64,000 nt of DNA from Raillietiella orientalis (Eukaryota): NCBI GenBank assembly GCA_036172245.1, contig JAYWIR010000003.1, forward strand, positions 1,302,001 to 1,366,000, given 5' to 3'. Shown piece by piece: positions 37,701 to 53,400 of the stretch (its first letter is position 1; each line of letters opens with the position of its first letter). A program made the translations under genes and the position numbers. Below the pieces are notes generated by a model. The model was given only the letters and a program-made list of their open reading frames with translations. It ran no database searches and was not told the origin of the DNA.

Positions 37701-40700
37701 GCCGAATTCCGCAGCCGGCCCGCATGCTGGGGGCTTTCAGGCGGATCGCCCCTCCCGGTAGACCGCCGCGCCCCCAAAGAGCGCCGCCCGAAAATACCCC
37801 CCGGGGACACCTGCAGCACGCGCATGCAAAGAATCTGCGCGGGGCCGCCAGAACGAAATCAGTACAGCGTACAGAGTCAAGAGTACAGCGTCGCGGGTTC
37901 GAAACCAGCCCGGCGGGGAAGGGTCGACGCCAAGAAATAGGGTCGTGGGTTTCGAGTACCCCCTGAGGGTTGGCGCTGGTTGGCCTATTCGAATGCGACA
38001 CTGCGGATAGCCAGACGCCTCTTTTGACTGGCCGGGATTGGAAGTTGACCCTCCGGGTTCCTTCCAGGAATCAGGGAGCCTTTCTGGGTTCCCCCCTTCC
38101 GGTCGTGAAAAAGGAGCTGCGGTACCATGGAGCTGGTTAATGCCTCTCCAGAAGCGCGCTGCTCCCTTCGGGAAGCGTCCCTACGGGGTTCCCTTCGGCG
38201 GAGGAAATCGAGAAAGGTTCCCTTCCGGGGAGTCTTTCTAAAGAAGCGAAAGAGGAGTGCCCTCCTTCGAGGGACCCTTCCGGACAGAACAAGGACGAAG
38301 TTCCCTTCGGGTTCCCTTGAGAGACCACCAGGACAGGGCTCCCCCCCGAGAGTAACAGGAAGGGACTCGTTCCCTCCGAAGCCTTCCTGGATTAACGGGG
38401 TGGTCCCTCCGTGATCGACCCCTAACTTGAAGAGTTCACACACACCCTCGGATTGGCGCGGGCAGCGTTGAAGAGTTCCGTGAGCGTCCCCTAATGGGAA
38501 GGCGGGCGGTTCTTCAGCACTCCTTGGGAACCAGAAGAAAAAAAAAAAGCTGGAAGGGGAGCAGAGGGAGCGGAGCATCCGGGAAGGGCGCAGCCCCTGG
38601 TTACGAGCAATCCCGAGAATCACCCCCAAAGTGAAAGGGAACGCTCAGAGTGTCGGAAATCGACTGTCCAAGACCCACTCTAGAGGGGGAGGGGGGACAG
38701 GAATTGTACTGTACGGGGGAAAGAGGGAAGGAAGATCACGAATGGGAGTGGCCTTGAGTAGGGTGACGAGGCGGTGAACAGAACCGAAATGGGGAGATCT
38801 CGGCGTCGGGAGAAAGCGGCGGGAAGCATTCGGTCCGGCATCTGCGGTGCTCGCAAGCGTACACCCATGCAACACGCGTAGACGGCGCGTCGTCACGCGC
38901 GCATGTTGCGCGCGAGGAGGTGATCGTTCCCTCGCTCCTCGCTCTTGTGCTCCCCGGAGAAACCGGAAGGGGAGGAGGAAGGGCTCGTTCCCCCTGGCAA
39001 CCAGAGGAGGCGGTGCCCCGGAAGGGGGCAGCAGGCCGGGGGACTCCGGGAAGTACCGCCGGGGAGAAGCGGTTGAGGGGAAAAGGAAGGAAGGAAGAGT
39101 GGCATCCGCCTGATCCTTTCCTTCTACTCCTCCCCTTCTCACCTCCCCCTGGCGCTTCGCTGGCTGAACGCTCTGGCAGGGAACCAGGCCGGGGGAGACA
39201 TCCAAAACCCAGCCAGAGGGGGGGAGGGTCAGTTGTGGAGGGAGCCGTCAGGTCGCCGGAGGGCGCTGAAAATTTCCGTGCGGAGAATCGTACGCAGCGG
39301 GGGGGGGGGGTCCCAGACGATGAGGAGTCCCGGGCGCGTCATCTCCGGCTGGCGCCCTCTCCCGAAAGTCCCCTTCACTGAGATCTCCTGTGCTCCTGGC
39401 GTGGGAACTCCCGAGAGAGATGCTGGGAGGAAACTCGGAATCCGAAGCACCGTCTCGCGATTCGAAAAGCTGCTCTTCGTCGCATCCCATGGTCACGGCG
39501 CGGCACGACGCCATTCCGCAGCAGGTCGCACGAAGTCGGTGGTGTTGCGCGTGGCCGGAAGGCGGAACGTGGCGACTCCGCCGAGGTCGAACTCGGCGGA
39601 GCGCGGAAGTGCTGAGACGAAGAGAAACGGCGCGCACGAGCTGCCTGAAGATGATGATCACGAGGGCATGTGCACACTACGCTTTCCTGACCAGAATCCG
39701 GAACTTGCAGCCGTGACCCGATCGGAATCGAACTCGACCTGGAACAGAAGGCAGTGCCTGCCGTGATCACAAGCATGTGCAGGATCAAGTGGAGCCCTCG
39801 GACCTTTCCCTTTCTCTCCACGCACACGCGCACATGTGAAAAGGGAAGACCCGTCTGGGGAGAAATTCCAGCGACGCGGACACGTGGTGGTGGAAGACGG
39901 ACGACAGATCCCCGATAAACAGATAAACAGGGTTCTGCGCTTCCTTAGGGATAAAGAACCAAATGCATCCGAACGAAACAGGGAGGGAGGATAACCGTCC
40001 CATCAAGAGCGGGAACGGTTTCCCGGAGCAAGCCGTCGACAACGGGACTCTGGGGCGCGCGAGAGGACAACTCAATTATCGCTCCTTCCGGAGTAGTCAT
40101 CAGACCGGACTCTGCAGTGATGCGGAACCTGCAATGATGGTTCCTCCAGGATACGCATGAAACTGCCAGGTAGGCTCCAGATCCCCGTTGGTTATCTCTT
40201 ACCGTGATCCTGGGATGGAATGGCCACGGATGCAAGAGCAAACGCACCTCTTCACGGTTTCATCTTGCTCCTTCAAGTGCCCTTCTGAAGGATAACGCGA
40301 TCTCTCGGGATGCTGCTGCTCCGCATCCCTGTGGGTCTTTCAGAAGCGGCGATGGAGCTCACGACGACGGAAGATCTTCTCAGAGCGACTTCAGACGCGT
40401 GACGGGCAGCGCTGCGAGCCCAGCAAGACCATGGTGACCTCTCGAAGCCCGGCGAGCCAGCGGTCGTCCCAGTGCAGGGCCTCAGCACACCAGCGCTTCC
40501 AGCGAAACAAAAGCTCCTTCCTGTTTCGAAAGAGCCATCGATTTCGTGGCGCGTCGCGAAAGACATCCGAGGTAGGCTGCACACTTTGGAAAAACTAAAC
40601 TCGAAAGTCTCGAGTTTCATTCTATCCTTTCGAACGAATTCTTGCCTCTCCCCGAGGCGGGAAGCTGTGGGCGTTTCGTTGGCCTGCGGCACTTTCGCTC

Positions 40701-43700
40701 CTCAGCTGAGATCCAGCGCATGACGAAAACCTGGCATTGCGCTCTCGGAGGAGGACAGTCGCGCTTGTGCTGTTCTCAAAAAAGAGCAAAGAGGAAAAAA
40801 TGGTTCGTGGTACGCAAGGAGGCGCGCCTCTGCAGCGTCTTGCACGAGCAGTCGGCTGTCGATGGACGAGGATGCTGTGGACCTCGAACTGCGTGAGTTC
40901 GCGCACGGTCAGCAGCCCGGAAGATCAGCTTTCCTTCGAGCGGCGCCGTTCAGATTCTGAAGATGCTAAAAGGCGCTGCAGGAGAGGATCTGATTCGGAC
41001 CGAGATGGAAGCGGGTCGCATGAGCAAACAGTCACTGGGATGCTGCCTCCTCACCAAGCCTTGCTCGTGACCTCTGGACTTCATAAAGGATCCTCAGACT
41101 TAACCGCGAAAAACAAAGGGGATCGTGGGAAATGGGAATTTCGCGCAGCGGGAGATCCTCAAGATCTCTTGTTGAGGAAAAGGCGAAATGTTCCTGGTCT
41201 TCAGCTCAAGATATGTTCGTTTCCAAGGTGCAAGTGGTAGCGAAGCCATCCTCGCATTTATCCGGACCACAACTCCTAGGGCAGACCCGGAGCCAAGGCT
41301 GGTCGTAATGCCCCAGAGCGAAGTGATGGCATCCATACTCAGACGTGACTTGCTCTTGCGAGCGAGTATCCGTCCGCAGCACCAGCAGATGTAAGATCGA
41401 AGAGGGAGAGCGAGCAGCGAGGATTGGCTTCCCGATGTGCCTGGGGTCCGGTGAATTGTCGAGGGGACCGGAAAGTTCCAAGAATTAGGTAGAGCACTGG
41501 AAACATGCGGTATTCTTGACATGTGTGTTGCTGGGAACCCTGTTCAGATCACCTCCTGGAGTGGACGGACATTCGGAAATCAAAGAAAGGGCTGAAGGCA
41601 GCTGAAGAAGACGGTGGAAACTTCCTCCTTCGTCTTTTTCTAGCCCTCATTGGCTCTGCTCTGTGCATCTGAATTTGAATAGGAAGGGTTGGGCAATTTC
41701 GGGCAGCTTTTCATGCACTCGGACGGAGCCAGCCAGCATCACGCAAGCTCCGTACCGCTGCAGAGTCCTGTCCTGTGGCTGCTTTGAAGGAGCGACAGGT
41801 GTGATTGGTTAAGTCAATTCTCATCCACAATTACAAATCCCTGTTGCCTAGCTGCGCTTCTGGAAGCAAGGAATTATGTCTCCTTTGGATTCTCATCCAA
41901 AGCATCCATCCTGGATCCATTATTGGTTCACAGATGGGAGTGGTAGCACAAGAACTTCCAGTCGAAGATCGAATTCGAGGGTTTGGTCCCCCGAAAAGCA
42001 CCAGTAGTTGTTCAAGGATAACTTTGGTATCGCCAAAAGAATCGCATGCGTCTCTCTTAAATTGGTCCAGAGAATATCCACTCGCTATTGCGATGAATAA
42101 TAGAAACAGTAGCTTTCTAATGACACAGGCTGATGTTGAATTTATTTCGTTCTTTACTCGGAGCGGCGGAAGAGTGCACTCTGCGTTTTCACGTCTCCTT
42201 GAGACTTCTGATTGCAGATTGCCTAGCAGCTGAAGTCATGATCTGTTGCTCCTTCCACAAGCCTGCCGAGAAGATCTTCAGCGATCGGAAGCGGCTCTTG
42301 GATGCGAGCCGGAAGAAGACCGAAGGAAGGCGACCGTGAGGGAATGAACGAGTCCGGAGCACGTGCTGGTGAGCGAAGAGCCCGCATCCAGCTTGAGGAT
42401 GCACGCGAAAAAGGAAAAGAAGAAAAAAACAGAGAGGTCCCCGGTAAAACACGTCCTCTGGAAGCGGCAAGAGCCGCATGGGATCCGACGATCCTGTCGC
42501 TTTCACGAATGCGTCCTTGAATTCCAAAGGGATGCTGAGCGCGAGGGTTTCTCGGGCGGGACGCGTTTCGGGAGCCGAAGAGCGCAGGGAGAAAGTGCCA
42601 TCGAAAGAGAGTGCCGACGTGACACCTGGAAGCAAAGTGCGCAGTCGCGACTGGCCCTCCATTCAAGAACGGAAGAGGTGAAGCTCGCGAAGACCGAGAT
42701 GAGGAACAAATCAAAATTCCAACGGTTTACTGAATCAGCAAATCAAGGGTTGGTTCGCGTTCCTGCAGGGATGGAATCAGATGACAGCTGCGAGACAACC
42801 AGGCAGAGGGCTGAAACTTCCTTGCCGACGAGGGCCGGACGTGTAAAAAGAATCGGAAAATTAGTGTCAGGGAAGGACAACTCTCCAGGGCATTCTTCCT
42901 TACACGGAGCGCCTGTCTCTTAACGGTGGCTGAATTCTTCCTCACAAAGTTTCCTGATTAAAAAAGCTGTTTAATTGAAGAACAGGTCGGAAAAGTTACA
43001 AGAATTTGCGTGCTCTGAAACGCTCTGAAACTGTTTCTAAACTCTGTTTCTATCTTGCCGACGCTTTCCGATACCAGCCTGTATTCACATCCTTCCCTCC
43101 CTCCCTCCCCCCCCCTTTTTTTTTTTTTTTTTTTAATTTTTCGTTTTTCCAATCCACATGAACGAAGTCTGGAGAAGGGATACCTTCTCCGAGCTTCGTG
43201 CATGGCTCGGTGCACGCAGGTGACCAGGACGAAGACGTCGTCCTCAGGGCCTCAGCCTCAGAACCGGACGTCCCCTGAAGCTCCTCCCGGCGTGCCCGAG
43301 TCGTCATCTATCCATCTGAACTGATTTCCGGGAGCGCGACGCGAAGTCGGAGGGCAGATGCGAAATTTCGCATTGCGGAGTTCGCTTCCCCGAGCCAGGC
43401 CTTCCGCAAGCAGTCCTCCCTGATCCCGTGGCACGGGATTGATCGACTCGGTTGGTGCAAAAGTTTTCTGCGAAAGGGGAATTAAAACCCCGTGCCCCAA
43501 AGGACACCGATTAAAAACAGCGGCGAGGGGGGGCTGACAAATGGGCGTCGTAAAAAAGTTTACATCGCCATTTTCGGAACGCGAGAAATTTGCAGATGTC
43601 CTCCCCCCCCCCCTTTCTCCCTTTTCCTCCCTCACCCCCTTCCCTTTCTTTTTCCTGTTTCGAACCTCGGCGTGGACGGGGGGTTTGCCTGGCGCAGGCT

Positions 43701-44425
43701 GCTGACAGTTCGAACACTGGAGAAGATGAAACAGAGTCCCCCTTTATCCCGTTTACTTTTCATTGGAAACGCTTAGCATAAGGCACAGCAAGTAAAGTGC
43801 GATCCGCCGATTACAAATCGATTAAGAGGAAACCGTACCGAAGAAACGATCCTGCGCGAAAAACAATCTACGGCTATGCAATCAGTCATTAACCCTTCGG
43901 GTGCGGAGCTCATCCGATCGGCACGCGGGTCGCAGTTTGGACGGAACGCTTCTTCGCGTACCGCGTGCTCCATCGAGGTGCCCACTGACCACGTAAAGTG
44001 CTGCTCAAAGTCACCATCGTAACTGTCCATTCACGCCGCGTTGAATGAAATGCTTTCGTTCTTCCCCAAACATGGTTATTCGAAAATTAGAATCACAATT
44101 CCAACAAAATCAACAACTCATTTGGGCGCGGTACAGTACAGTAAATTACATACGACACAACTGTGACGTTGGGGCGCTGCTCTCCGTTTTTCAGAGGGGC
44201 GACTCTTTGGGAAACCCAAGGAAATGAGGAGAGCGCGTGAGCGTATGCGTCCCGCCCAACATATGGACAGTGTCAACCTACGCTGGCCAGGTGCCCATGT
44301 GGGTCTATAGCATTCAAAGGGTTAAAACACATTCGATCGGTGATTGGAGGACTCCACGTTACCGGCCAACGAAACGGTTCCATTCGATACTTGCTGCAAT
44401 AAATATAATAATCACCATGGCGTCT

Positions 44426-44490
<65 letters not shown>

Positions 44491-47400
44491 CGGGCATCCA
44501 GCTCCAACGAAGACGCAAAGGCAGATTGAAACGGTGGAAGGCAAAGAGTGAAAGAAGATTTGGGAGGAGAAGGTAATGAACTAGAGAAAAGCAGGCCCGA
44601 ATGGAGGATCACGCGGGGGGGAGGGTCGGCAAAGCCAAAGTAAATTTCGCTCCAATGCACCAACATGCAAACTGCCACGAAGAAGGGAGGGGGACGGTGT
44701 GGAGGATTTATAGATGGGTCGAAAAGCCTACCAGGAAACGAGATCACGAGTGCTTCGGGCTTGCATCACGATTGAAATCATTTCGCTAACAGCGTTTGTA
44801 ACTCGAGGCGGCAAAAAAAAACGGGGAGGGGGGAGAAGAAAAAAAAAAACTGTTTTCCTGAAAAAAGCAGCGTATTGTGAGATAAGCGGACGATTAGGAG
44901 GCGGATCGACGAAAGTAATCGAAAGCGATAGAAAGTCGGGAATCAGCTGGGCTCGTACCCATCGATCCGTTGCTAAAGAGACCGCAGCTTCCTTCCGAAT
45001 CGCATCTTATCTAACATTCCGTCGCATTATTATGCTGGGAGAATGGATTGATTGTGGTTATTATTTATAAACAACGGTTCCCTTCAAGCAGAACTACGTC
45101 TTGTAAGCCGAGATTTAGACGGGACTTGCGAAAAACAAATGCCCCGCTCCGGGGAACAAAAAGTCATCGGGATGCTGGCGCCGGCGACAGGGCTACGGAG
45201 AACTGAACTTTTGCTTCCCCCCCGGCTCGCTCGTGCTTTCAGCAACCATCCAGAAGCCGTTCCTCTGGGAAGCTGGTCCGACGGTTTGCGCGAGGGGAGC
45301 CGGTTACCACTCTTGTTTCCGGGAACCGAATCATCCCGACCGAGGTCCCCCTCCCGGCGTCTGCGTAAACCGGGCGAGCAGAGGCAGCGAGGCGCCCTTC
45401 GAGGGGACGAAATGGCACCGCAACCCCTCCTGAGGAATGTGCGAGCACAACATACGTACCACGTCGATAAGCTGACTTAGTTTTAATTTAATTCTCACTT
45501 TCACTGCGTCTGAGATGTTTACCACAGGCCTCACGAATTTATTGTAGTTGGAGAGGATGTCGTCGTACAGCCGCTTTGCGTCAGGATTCCCGAATATGGG
45601 CGCTGGAAAAAGAGCAGAGACTGCAGTGAACGATTTTCTTGTGGAGCCATCGGCTTCCTGTTACTAAGAGGGAAGTCGAAGGAAGAAAAAAAAAAAAAAA
45701 AAAAACAGAACGTGAAGGGGAGTCAGCTTGAAATCAAGGGAATCAACAGACGAGTGTGAATAAGGAATCCCTCCTAGATAACCATCATCTCACGCTTACA
45801 ATTAACGACACATCATTGGAGGCATTCATCTTGGCATTTGGCGACGAAAGCCCGAATCCAGCACGTTTCTACACTGGTCGATTGAATCATTAATGATTTT
45901 AGGTGCTGGCACCCGCTGAAAAATGAAATTCGAGACTCCCCTACTCATTGCAATTTATGAGGAATCCTGGATCAATCAGTCTTGATCGATTCTATCGAAA
46001 GCTGCATCTGCTGCCTGGCTAAATGCATGCAATCAGTTTTCATGGGGCACCTTAACCCCTTCATCCCTTTGTTTTTTTCCCGGGTCCCGGAACTATCTGC
46101 CAAGCATGTTCTCCTTTGTTCAGAGGAAGATAAGGTTAGGTAGGTGTGGTTGGGTGGTTGAAGTTAGGTAGATGTGGTTAGGTTGGGTTAGGCAGCTCTG
46201 GGATTTTACGTGAGCAATCGTATAAATCTACATTCTCGTCTGCTGTTGCTGGGAGACCTGCACCCGTTGGGAACTGTCTCAAACTCTTCCAAGCCGGCGA
46301 TGAACGGTGTGGTTGAAATTTACGAGGTATGGTATTTGTTCTGTCTCACCTAAGATTTTGCATGCCTTCTACTTGGGATTCTGGTTCTGATAAATGAGGG
46401 AGCCACGCAGTGCGAGGTGTTGGCGGGGTGCATCACATATCTCGGTTTTGCTTCTAATTCTTCCACAATAGAAGCGACCAGAGCTGAAGTACTGCTTCGA
46501 TGGATTCTTATTTAGTCTAAATCTTCTTTTTGAGTCTCGATGTGTGCTCGGGAAGCACCTTGGGGACTGCTCCATGATCCCAATTTTCCCTTAATTACAT
46601 CGGAATTTATTCGAGATTTAATCTGCAGCTCGCGGGCAGTGTGGCCACAATCGTCGCCGAAGACCCTTCCGTGCGTGTCTTCTTCGTCTGCCAGTCCCAA
46701 GACGCCCGCAAACCGCTAAGCGTCCATCTATTCATCGACGCTCTCCCAGTAACATTTTATCTTTTCCTCCCTCCAGATTTAATGATATGTGGCTCCGGCT
46801 CATAAAACGGAACGAGCAAGGAAGAATGAAACGGAATAACAGCAGACACCTCGGCAGACTTCGACTCGTGACCTCCAAATTACCGCGCTGCATTCCCAAA
46901 TTACGAGATGAGTTTGTCACGCCAGCAGGCGATCTTTTCTCCTTCTCGGTCCCCATTCGCACTTAGCAGCGAGAGCTTCAAACCTCAAACGTCCTGGAGA
47001 AGGGGGATCGTGCCGGGGGTCTCAAGGCGCTGCCATCTTCCTTCTGCCTCACAGCACGAATCCAGGTGGCTGCTCCAGGGGACCGCACGAAGCCGGCAGG
47101 AGAAGCTGTTTCGGGGATGTTCGAGGGACCAGATGGATTCCGGAGAGCAGGCAATTGATTAAGAGATGCATTGGGAGCAGGCAGCTGGTTTTGGGGATTG
47201 CGTCCGAGTGATGCCTTTGTTCACGCAGGATGCAGTTTCCTTTCGATGGCATTCATGCAGCAGCAGCCTTTTCTTTTTTTCTTTCCATTGAGACAGCTCG
47301 TGTCCCGATGGCCACATGGGAAAGCAACATGTGCCCAACGGTACATGAGGTCCCGGGGTGCCTTGCCGCCCACCCCTTACTCTCCTCCAGTCCGGAACGA

Positions 47401-50400
47401 GCATTTCAGTGGGAATTTTTTCGCCAGCATCGTGCATGTCCTTTGGCTATTCGGTCATCCGTAGCACAGTCGGCGATATCTCTGAAGTAGCGAATGAGCG
47501 CGCAGCGGACACTGCGTTGCGACGTGCGATGCCCTTCGGAAAGGAAGAACTGTCGAAAGAGCTCTTGCAGCTCTTGCCGGAAGCTTCTTTTCTTTTTCTT
47601 TTTTTTTTTCCAAGTCGATTCATTCCGCAATGATGGATGGGGTGAGTTCCTGGATTGGGAACAGGATTTGCAAATAAACAGGAGCGTCAAGTGAAGAAGT
47701 GCATTTGCCTCTGTGGTTCGAAGCAGCTGCAGACTTTGAGGCCAACAAAAATCCCCCATCCATGTAAAGCCAGAAACGTCAAGCCTGGGAAACCTCCAAA
47801 GAGGAAGTACATTGTGATCGTACGCGCAGTTACCGGCACGTGTACATGGAAGTTGACGAGAGGAAATGCTCCGGATGGGAGAGGTGCATGCAAACAAAGA
47901 AGATGGGCACCTCGACCGTCATGCCTTGCCGCAGACGAAAATCACGTCTCAGGAGCACTGTGGCTTCACGTTCCAGCATCAGTGGGAGGCTGCGATCGAA
48001 GACGATCCGCGAGCTTTCCTGAGTTGCGCTCGCTGGACAATCCCTTCCCGACAGATCATTTTCTTCGCTGATGAGCGATTTATCCTCGCGGTCCTCGCAT
48101 CCTGCGGTCTGCGCAGCAAATTCCCTGTGACGACGTGAGCGTCATCAGAGGGATGCCAGAGCCACGAGGAGCTCAAATGGACAATCACCTCATGAGGACT
48201 CTATCAATCTCTCGCCCACGGACGTCACTCCTCCACTTGCTTTCTCATTCTTCTTGGCTTGTCCCGCTCTTCTGTCCTGGTCTCAACGCTCGTCCGTAAG
48301 AAGGAGGGTGTTCCATGACCTGACAGCTCGTACGGCCTCCTTCGGGATCAACTCGTCACCTGATCATCCAGATCCCTCCGCGTATTGATTGTGCGCGCGC
48401 TTCCCTGCAGACGACCACGCTGATACTGCTCTGGAAACTGGGTTGTTCTGGAGAGGCAAACAAAGCGCAGGGTGATTTATCCCCGTCGCTTGTCTTTCCG
48501 CTTCGACTTTGGAGAGCGATCTCCAGGAAGGAAATCGTCATCGATTACTTGTCGTTGAGTTCCGAGGTTTCTTCCAGTCCCCACTTCCTCGAAATGAGAT
48601 TGGAAAAAAACCACCGGAGGGAGAGCGCGCAGGATCCCCTCCCAAGAGGCACGCAGGGGTTTATGCCTCGCGGGCTCGAAGCGGTTCCTCCGTCCTCGAT
48701 CGGGGATGGATCGGCTGGACGGAAAAATTCGCCTCCTCGTGGTCCGGCGATGAGGAGCTTGCAGAGGGGGGAAAGGTGGACAAAGATCGCTACGTCTCTG
48801 AGGACGATCATCCTGAGAAAGATCGCATCATCATCGCGACCAAAGTCAAGCATCGTGCTCCTCTCCCCTTCCCCCTCCTGCTTTCTAACGACCTTTTTGG
48901 GAGATGTTTCCTCATGCAACGCACACAAACACGGAGACGCCATTTCCAGAGGAAGCGCCTCTTACAATGAATTCAGAAACGATTTATTGCAGCTTCCCGT
49001 GCCATGACTCCTGATTCGAGGAGTAGGAAGAGTTCTTGATCAATGGATGCATTTGGCTGACTTCTTCGAGATCTCGGGGTTTTTATTTTGTTTCAGGGGT
49101 TTTGTTTCTTGCTTTTTGCTTTTGTTTTTTTTGTTTTTAATGCGTTCCTCTCCCTCCATGGACCTCACGTATCTGCGGACCGACAGAAATCCCTACCACC
49201 TGATCGCTCGAGCTCTGGTCGTAGTTGATGGTTGCGCTGCGCGCCCCTTTAAGCAGCATCTGAGCGCACTTTCATGGTTTCTTGGGTGATGAGCGCGAAG
49301 ACTGACGTTGAGAAAAGTTTCATCCAGAATTCCCTCGCATCCATTTTTCAAGATCTCGAAACGACGTCATCATACGTGATGTGGGATTGCAAAGAGAGAG
49401 GAAGAGAAAATAACGTTTCGATAAAATATCACGGAATGGTGTTGGTGCGAGCAAACCCTTTTTCTTGATGCACTTTGAGGTTCGAAGACATCCGCGTCTT
49501 GATCGGAAGCAACGTCCTTCACTCTGTAGGTGAGTGTGCAGAGCTCAAGGCCATTCGGGCCCGTGACCTTCTTGCTCATCTCCTGACCGTTCTTGGAACA
49601 GTCTTCATCGCGTCGCCACACAGCTGTTCTCCGATGAGAGCATCCGAAAACTCGTCGGGGACTCTGTTAGCCCATCGATCGATGCTTTTTGTCCGTCCCA
49701 AAGTAGGAAAAACGAAAGAGTCAGTTGGACCATTCTTGTAGGCTGTGCAATGCTTCCCTTTCGTTCGGGTGTGCCTCGTACCTTTTGGCTGAACCTCGCT
49801 CGGGACCTTTTCAGAAGGGATCACCTCGCTACCTCAGCTGAGGCAAGAGATTGGAAGCTGCCACGGAAGCAGCGAAGAAGATCACGCTGCTCCCACCACA
49901 CAACGGCATGGCAGCGCCGCTCATGCCCGCGTGCCCTCAGAGGTCCTCTGACACCTCGCTTTCCGCTTGCCCTGCCCCTGCTTGGGCCCGGCCCGCGCAT
50001 CCCGTAAGGGCCGAAACCAAGAGGCACCCGTCCGTTCCTTCGAGGGTTCGATCGGCGCACACGGCCGTATCGACCCGCGCCATCTCAAGGAATAGCGAGC
50101 TCTCGGCGAGGAAGAAAAGATCCAAGATCGGAGCGGAGAGTCCCGTGCTTTTGTTTTCGTTTCCCGCAAGTTCGGGAGATTGCAAAACCGCCGGGATGAC
50201 CGGACGTTCCAACTTTCCCGCACAACTGGAACGGGAACGTGAGCATCAGCAGCAGTCGCGAAAGCTCCCCAGGTGAGCACCTTTCCCGTTCCGGGGAGTT
50301 GACGGACTTCCGGAACGGGGAAAGGGCATCTCCTAACCGTTGTAACACTTAGGGGTTACCCCCAAGAGTTATAAGGGTTTGCTAAGGCATGAAGCGAAAT

Positions 50401-53400
50401 AAACAGACAAGCAGATCGTAAACAAACCGATGATGTCAGATGGCAGGGAAACTCCCGGTTTTTCTGCTGCTTTTCAGTCGAGCCACGTCAATGCCAGTTC
50501 GAAGGAGCGAAACCCCGAACCGATTTCGGTTCCCGACTGCGTTCAGGATCCGGAGATGTGTCACTTCCGTGACCGGGTGCCAGCCGACCAGCAGGCACCG
50601 TTGCGCCGTGCGTTTTCCTCTCCTTGTGAAGCAAAAGAGGAGGAAGGAAAGGCGCTGCGTTTCCCGCGAACCGCAAGAGATGTGTTCGCGTCCCGCGCTG
50701 CCGTGGACACTTCTGGACGTGCGAGGCAGCCGGAGCGAGAGAGGGGTTCGTTTTATAACAGCCTAAGGGATCACATCGAGATCGCACAGCTGATGCTCAC
50801 GGAGCCACATTTCCCCAGGATGGACTTCCCTTCCCCTTCCTTGTCTCGCAGGAAACAGAAAAAAAGGCGTTTCCAAGCGTCCTTGTGTTGCATTTCGATC
50901 AGCCTGTTTCCGAGCTTCCTTTTTTTCTTTTTTTTTTTTTCTTTTTTTTTTTTTTTAAAAAAAAAGGGCGTAATTTTATGATCCTTCGATGAGAGGCTAA
51001 TCTAAAAAAAAAAAAAAAAGCATAGAATGAAAATGTACATTTTGTGTGCAGGGCTCCGGAAGCATCCAGTCGTCCCCGAATCGCTGACTTATCAGCTGAG
51101 CAAACGGATCCGGAAACTGCGTCCTCGCAAGGATTTCTGCTTAATGAGCTGTCAGAGCGAGCCGACGGATGCACGAGTTCCATGCGTAAATTTTAATTTT
51201 CCGTACGTCGGCTGAGAGACGTAATGGCAGGTGTGCAGCCAGTGCTCACAGAAAGGGGCAGCTGTCTTCCAGGGCACGGTCGAACGGGACGCGTTGCCTG
51301 GAGACAGGCGTTCGCTCCGCAGCACGCGTGGCATCACGAGGTTGACGCTCTGCCGTTTCCTTGGCGTGCAGGAACGCGCATCTATGCTCGCCACGTTCAC
51401 GTATGGATCCTTGCATGCACTCCCAGTTCGACAAGAGGCGTGCAAGTGACCTGCATGCTTGGCATGGAAGCAGGTCAAGCTTCTACCGCACCGGACGAAG
51501 TGTTAAGCGAACCGACAGTGCAACCGGGATTCTTCGCGTCTTTCCAAAGAGGCATTTAGACACGTGCTAATCGACGGTACAGCAGCATCACATCCTGACT
51601 GCCTACGCTGTATCCGTTTCAGGTCACGGTTTGCATTCGATTGGCGAATCCTAAAGAAGCTGACTAGTCAACCCATGTAGATAATAAGAGTACCTGCAAG
51701 ACTAATAAAAGAAGCAAGAAAGCCGTTTTGCCGTTTTATCATGCTGAATCCACAGACTTTTGCGAAAGATTTCGGCTTTCCTTGCAGATTAATGCTTCCA
51801 GCAGGGACGCATCCCCCGTAATTTCCAGTGACCCAATTCCCGCATCGCTCCTTCCATTCAGCGTCAAGGCATGAGGGGGCACGTACACACGGAAGACGCG
51901 GGAGTATCAAATCAATCTTCGGAGGAGCAGCCAGAAGATTTCTCATCCTTGGAAGGGGAATCGGAAGCAACTGTTCAAAACGTGAAGGAATTCCTCTTTC
52001 TTGGAATCTCGCATGCGAGTTTCTCTTCTCAGTTGTCGTGACGACAGCTCTCCAGCGAGATTTTACGAATGTGCTGTCGTTGAGATCTGAGGAAGGTTAC
52101 CCGAGGAATCCATTTCGCGGCTCACAACTCAAAGAAGAACCAGCTGGGGGGTGTCTCGGCGTTTGAGGGGAGTTCGGATCCTGAGGAATGCACTGCCAAG
52201 AGATGAATTATGTAGTGAGACACGCTGAACCAGCTCTCATGGTCCTCCAAGCAGCGTGGATTGAAACAAAATAAAGCGTGCGTCCACAGAAGAGAATCCC
52301 GTAATGCTCCGTTCAAAAGATGCATTCAATTTGATCTTCCAAGAGATTCAGAGACTTAGTGGGGAGGGGGAAAAAAAAAAGGACTCATTTTAATACTCCG
52401 CACGAGGAGATTTGAAATTTTCGAAGCGAAATCGCCGGAAGCAGAAAAAAAAAGAAAGGACCGTGCTGTGGACACACTTTGAGACGAAAGTTCCAGAGCC
52501 AAAGTAGCACTCACAAGCTGTGATAACGCTCTTACGAAAGCTTTGCAGCGTCGTTAGTGACTGGAATTCGGTCCTTTCCAGACAGAATTCGATCTTTGTT
52601 CGTAGCTTCGGAGTCTCCGATGGCTCGGTTCTCTCTCACTGAGTTGTCTCTGATGGTCTCCGATAATCCTCGCTCTTCCTTTGGCCTTCCGCTTGCCCGC
52701 TCCTTTTACAGTCCTTCGATTCGCATAAACTTTCGTTCCTTCAGAGATTGCCGGCGGACGACAGGGGAGTCACCATATGTTCGAAGGGAAGGGTCGAACC
52801 GATGGCTTAGTCCTTGCGCACAGACAAAATGACAAGCCGCGTTGTCGGCATCCGACGTGGGCGCGTTCCTCTGGTGGAAGGAGCCGCCTGCTGCCACCAG
52901 CGTGAGGTCGGACAGGGCCTTAGCTCGAAAGCGCGTCCGGTACGAGTCGAGGGGAACACGGCCTCATCAAGGAATGGCAGCATTGTATACTCAGTCTCAG
53001 GGTCAATCAGCCCCCGAAGCAGCAGACCTCGGTACGCTGCTCCTTTCACTTGTTTGGCGTTCCCGGAAACCGACGGATAGATTCCTTCGCTTTGATGGCA
53101 CCTGCAAGAGCAAGGTCCTCCGCTGCGTTTGCAAGAGTCCCCCATGGCTTTCACACAAAGGAGTTGACGAGCTCATTGCAGGCTTTGAGCTGCCCTTGAT
53201 TCTTCCTGCACATGAATTTGCCCGCAGAAAGATCGATTTAATGACCTCCTGAACAGGACACAAATTCGCCCTGTACCCGTGATCTGCCAGTACTTGATCT
53301 TCAGTTCGCCTTTACAAACTTACTAATTCGTTCATGCTGTAAGGAGAGTCATGGAGCAGTCGCCACGTACAGCGGGCAGTGCTTTCGCGCTGACCTCAAG

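Noticed and set aside
29930..46195. TTAGG-like tracts at 29930-30135 and 46130-46195 as interstitial telomere
   Set aside because: Too degenerate, with no run of perfect (TTAGG)n; more likely low-complexity parts of repeats.
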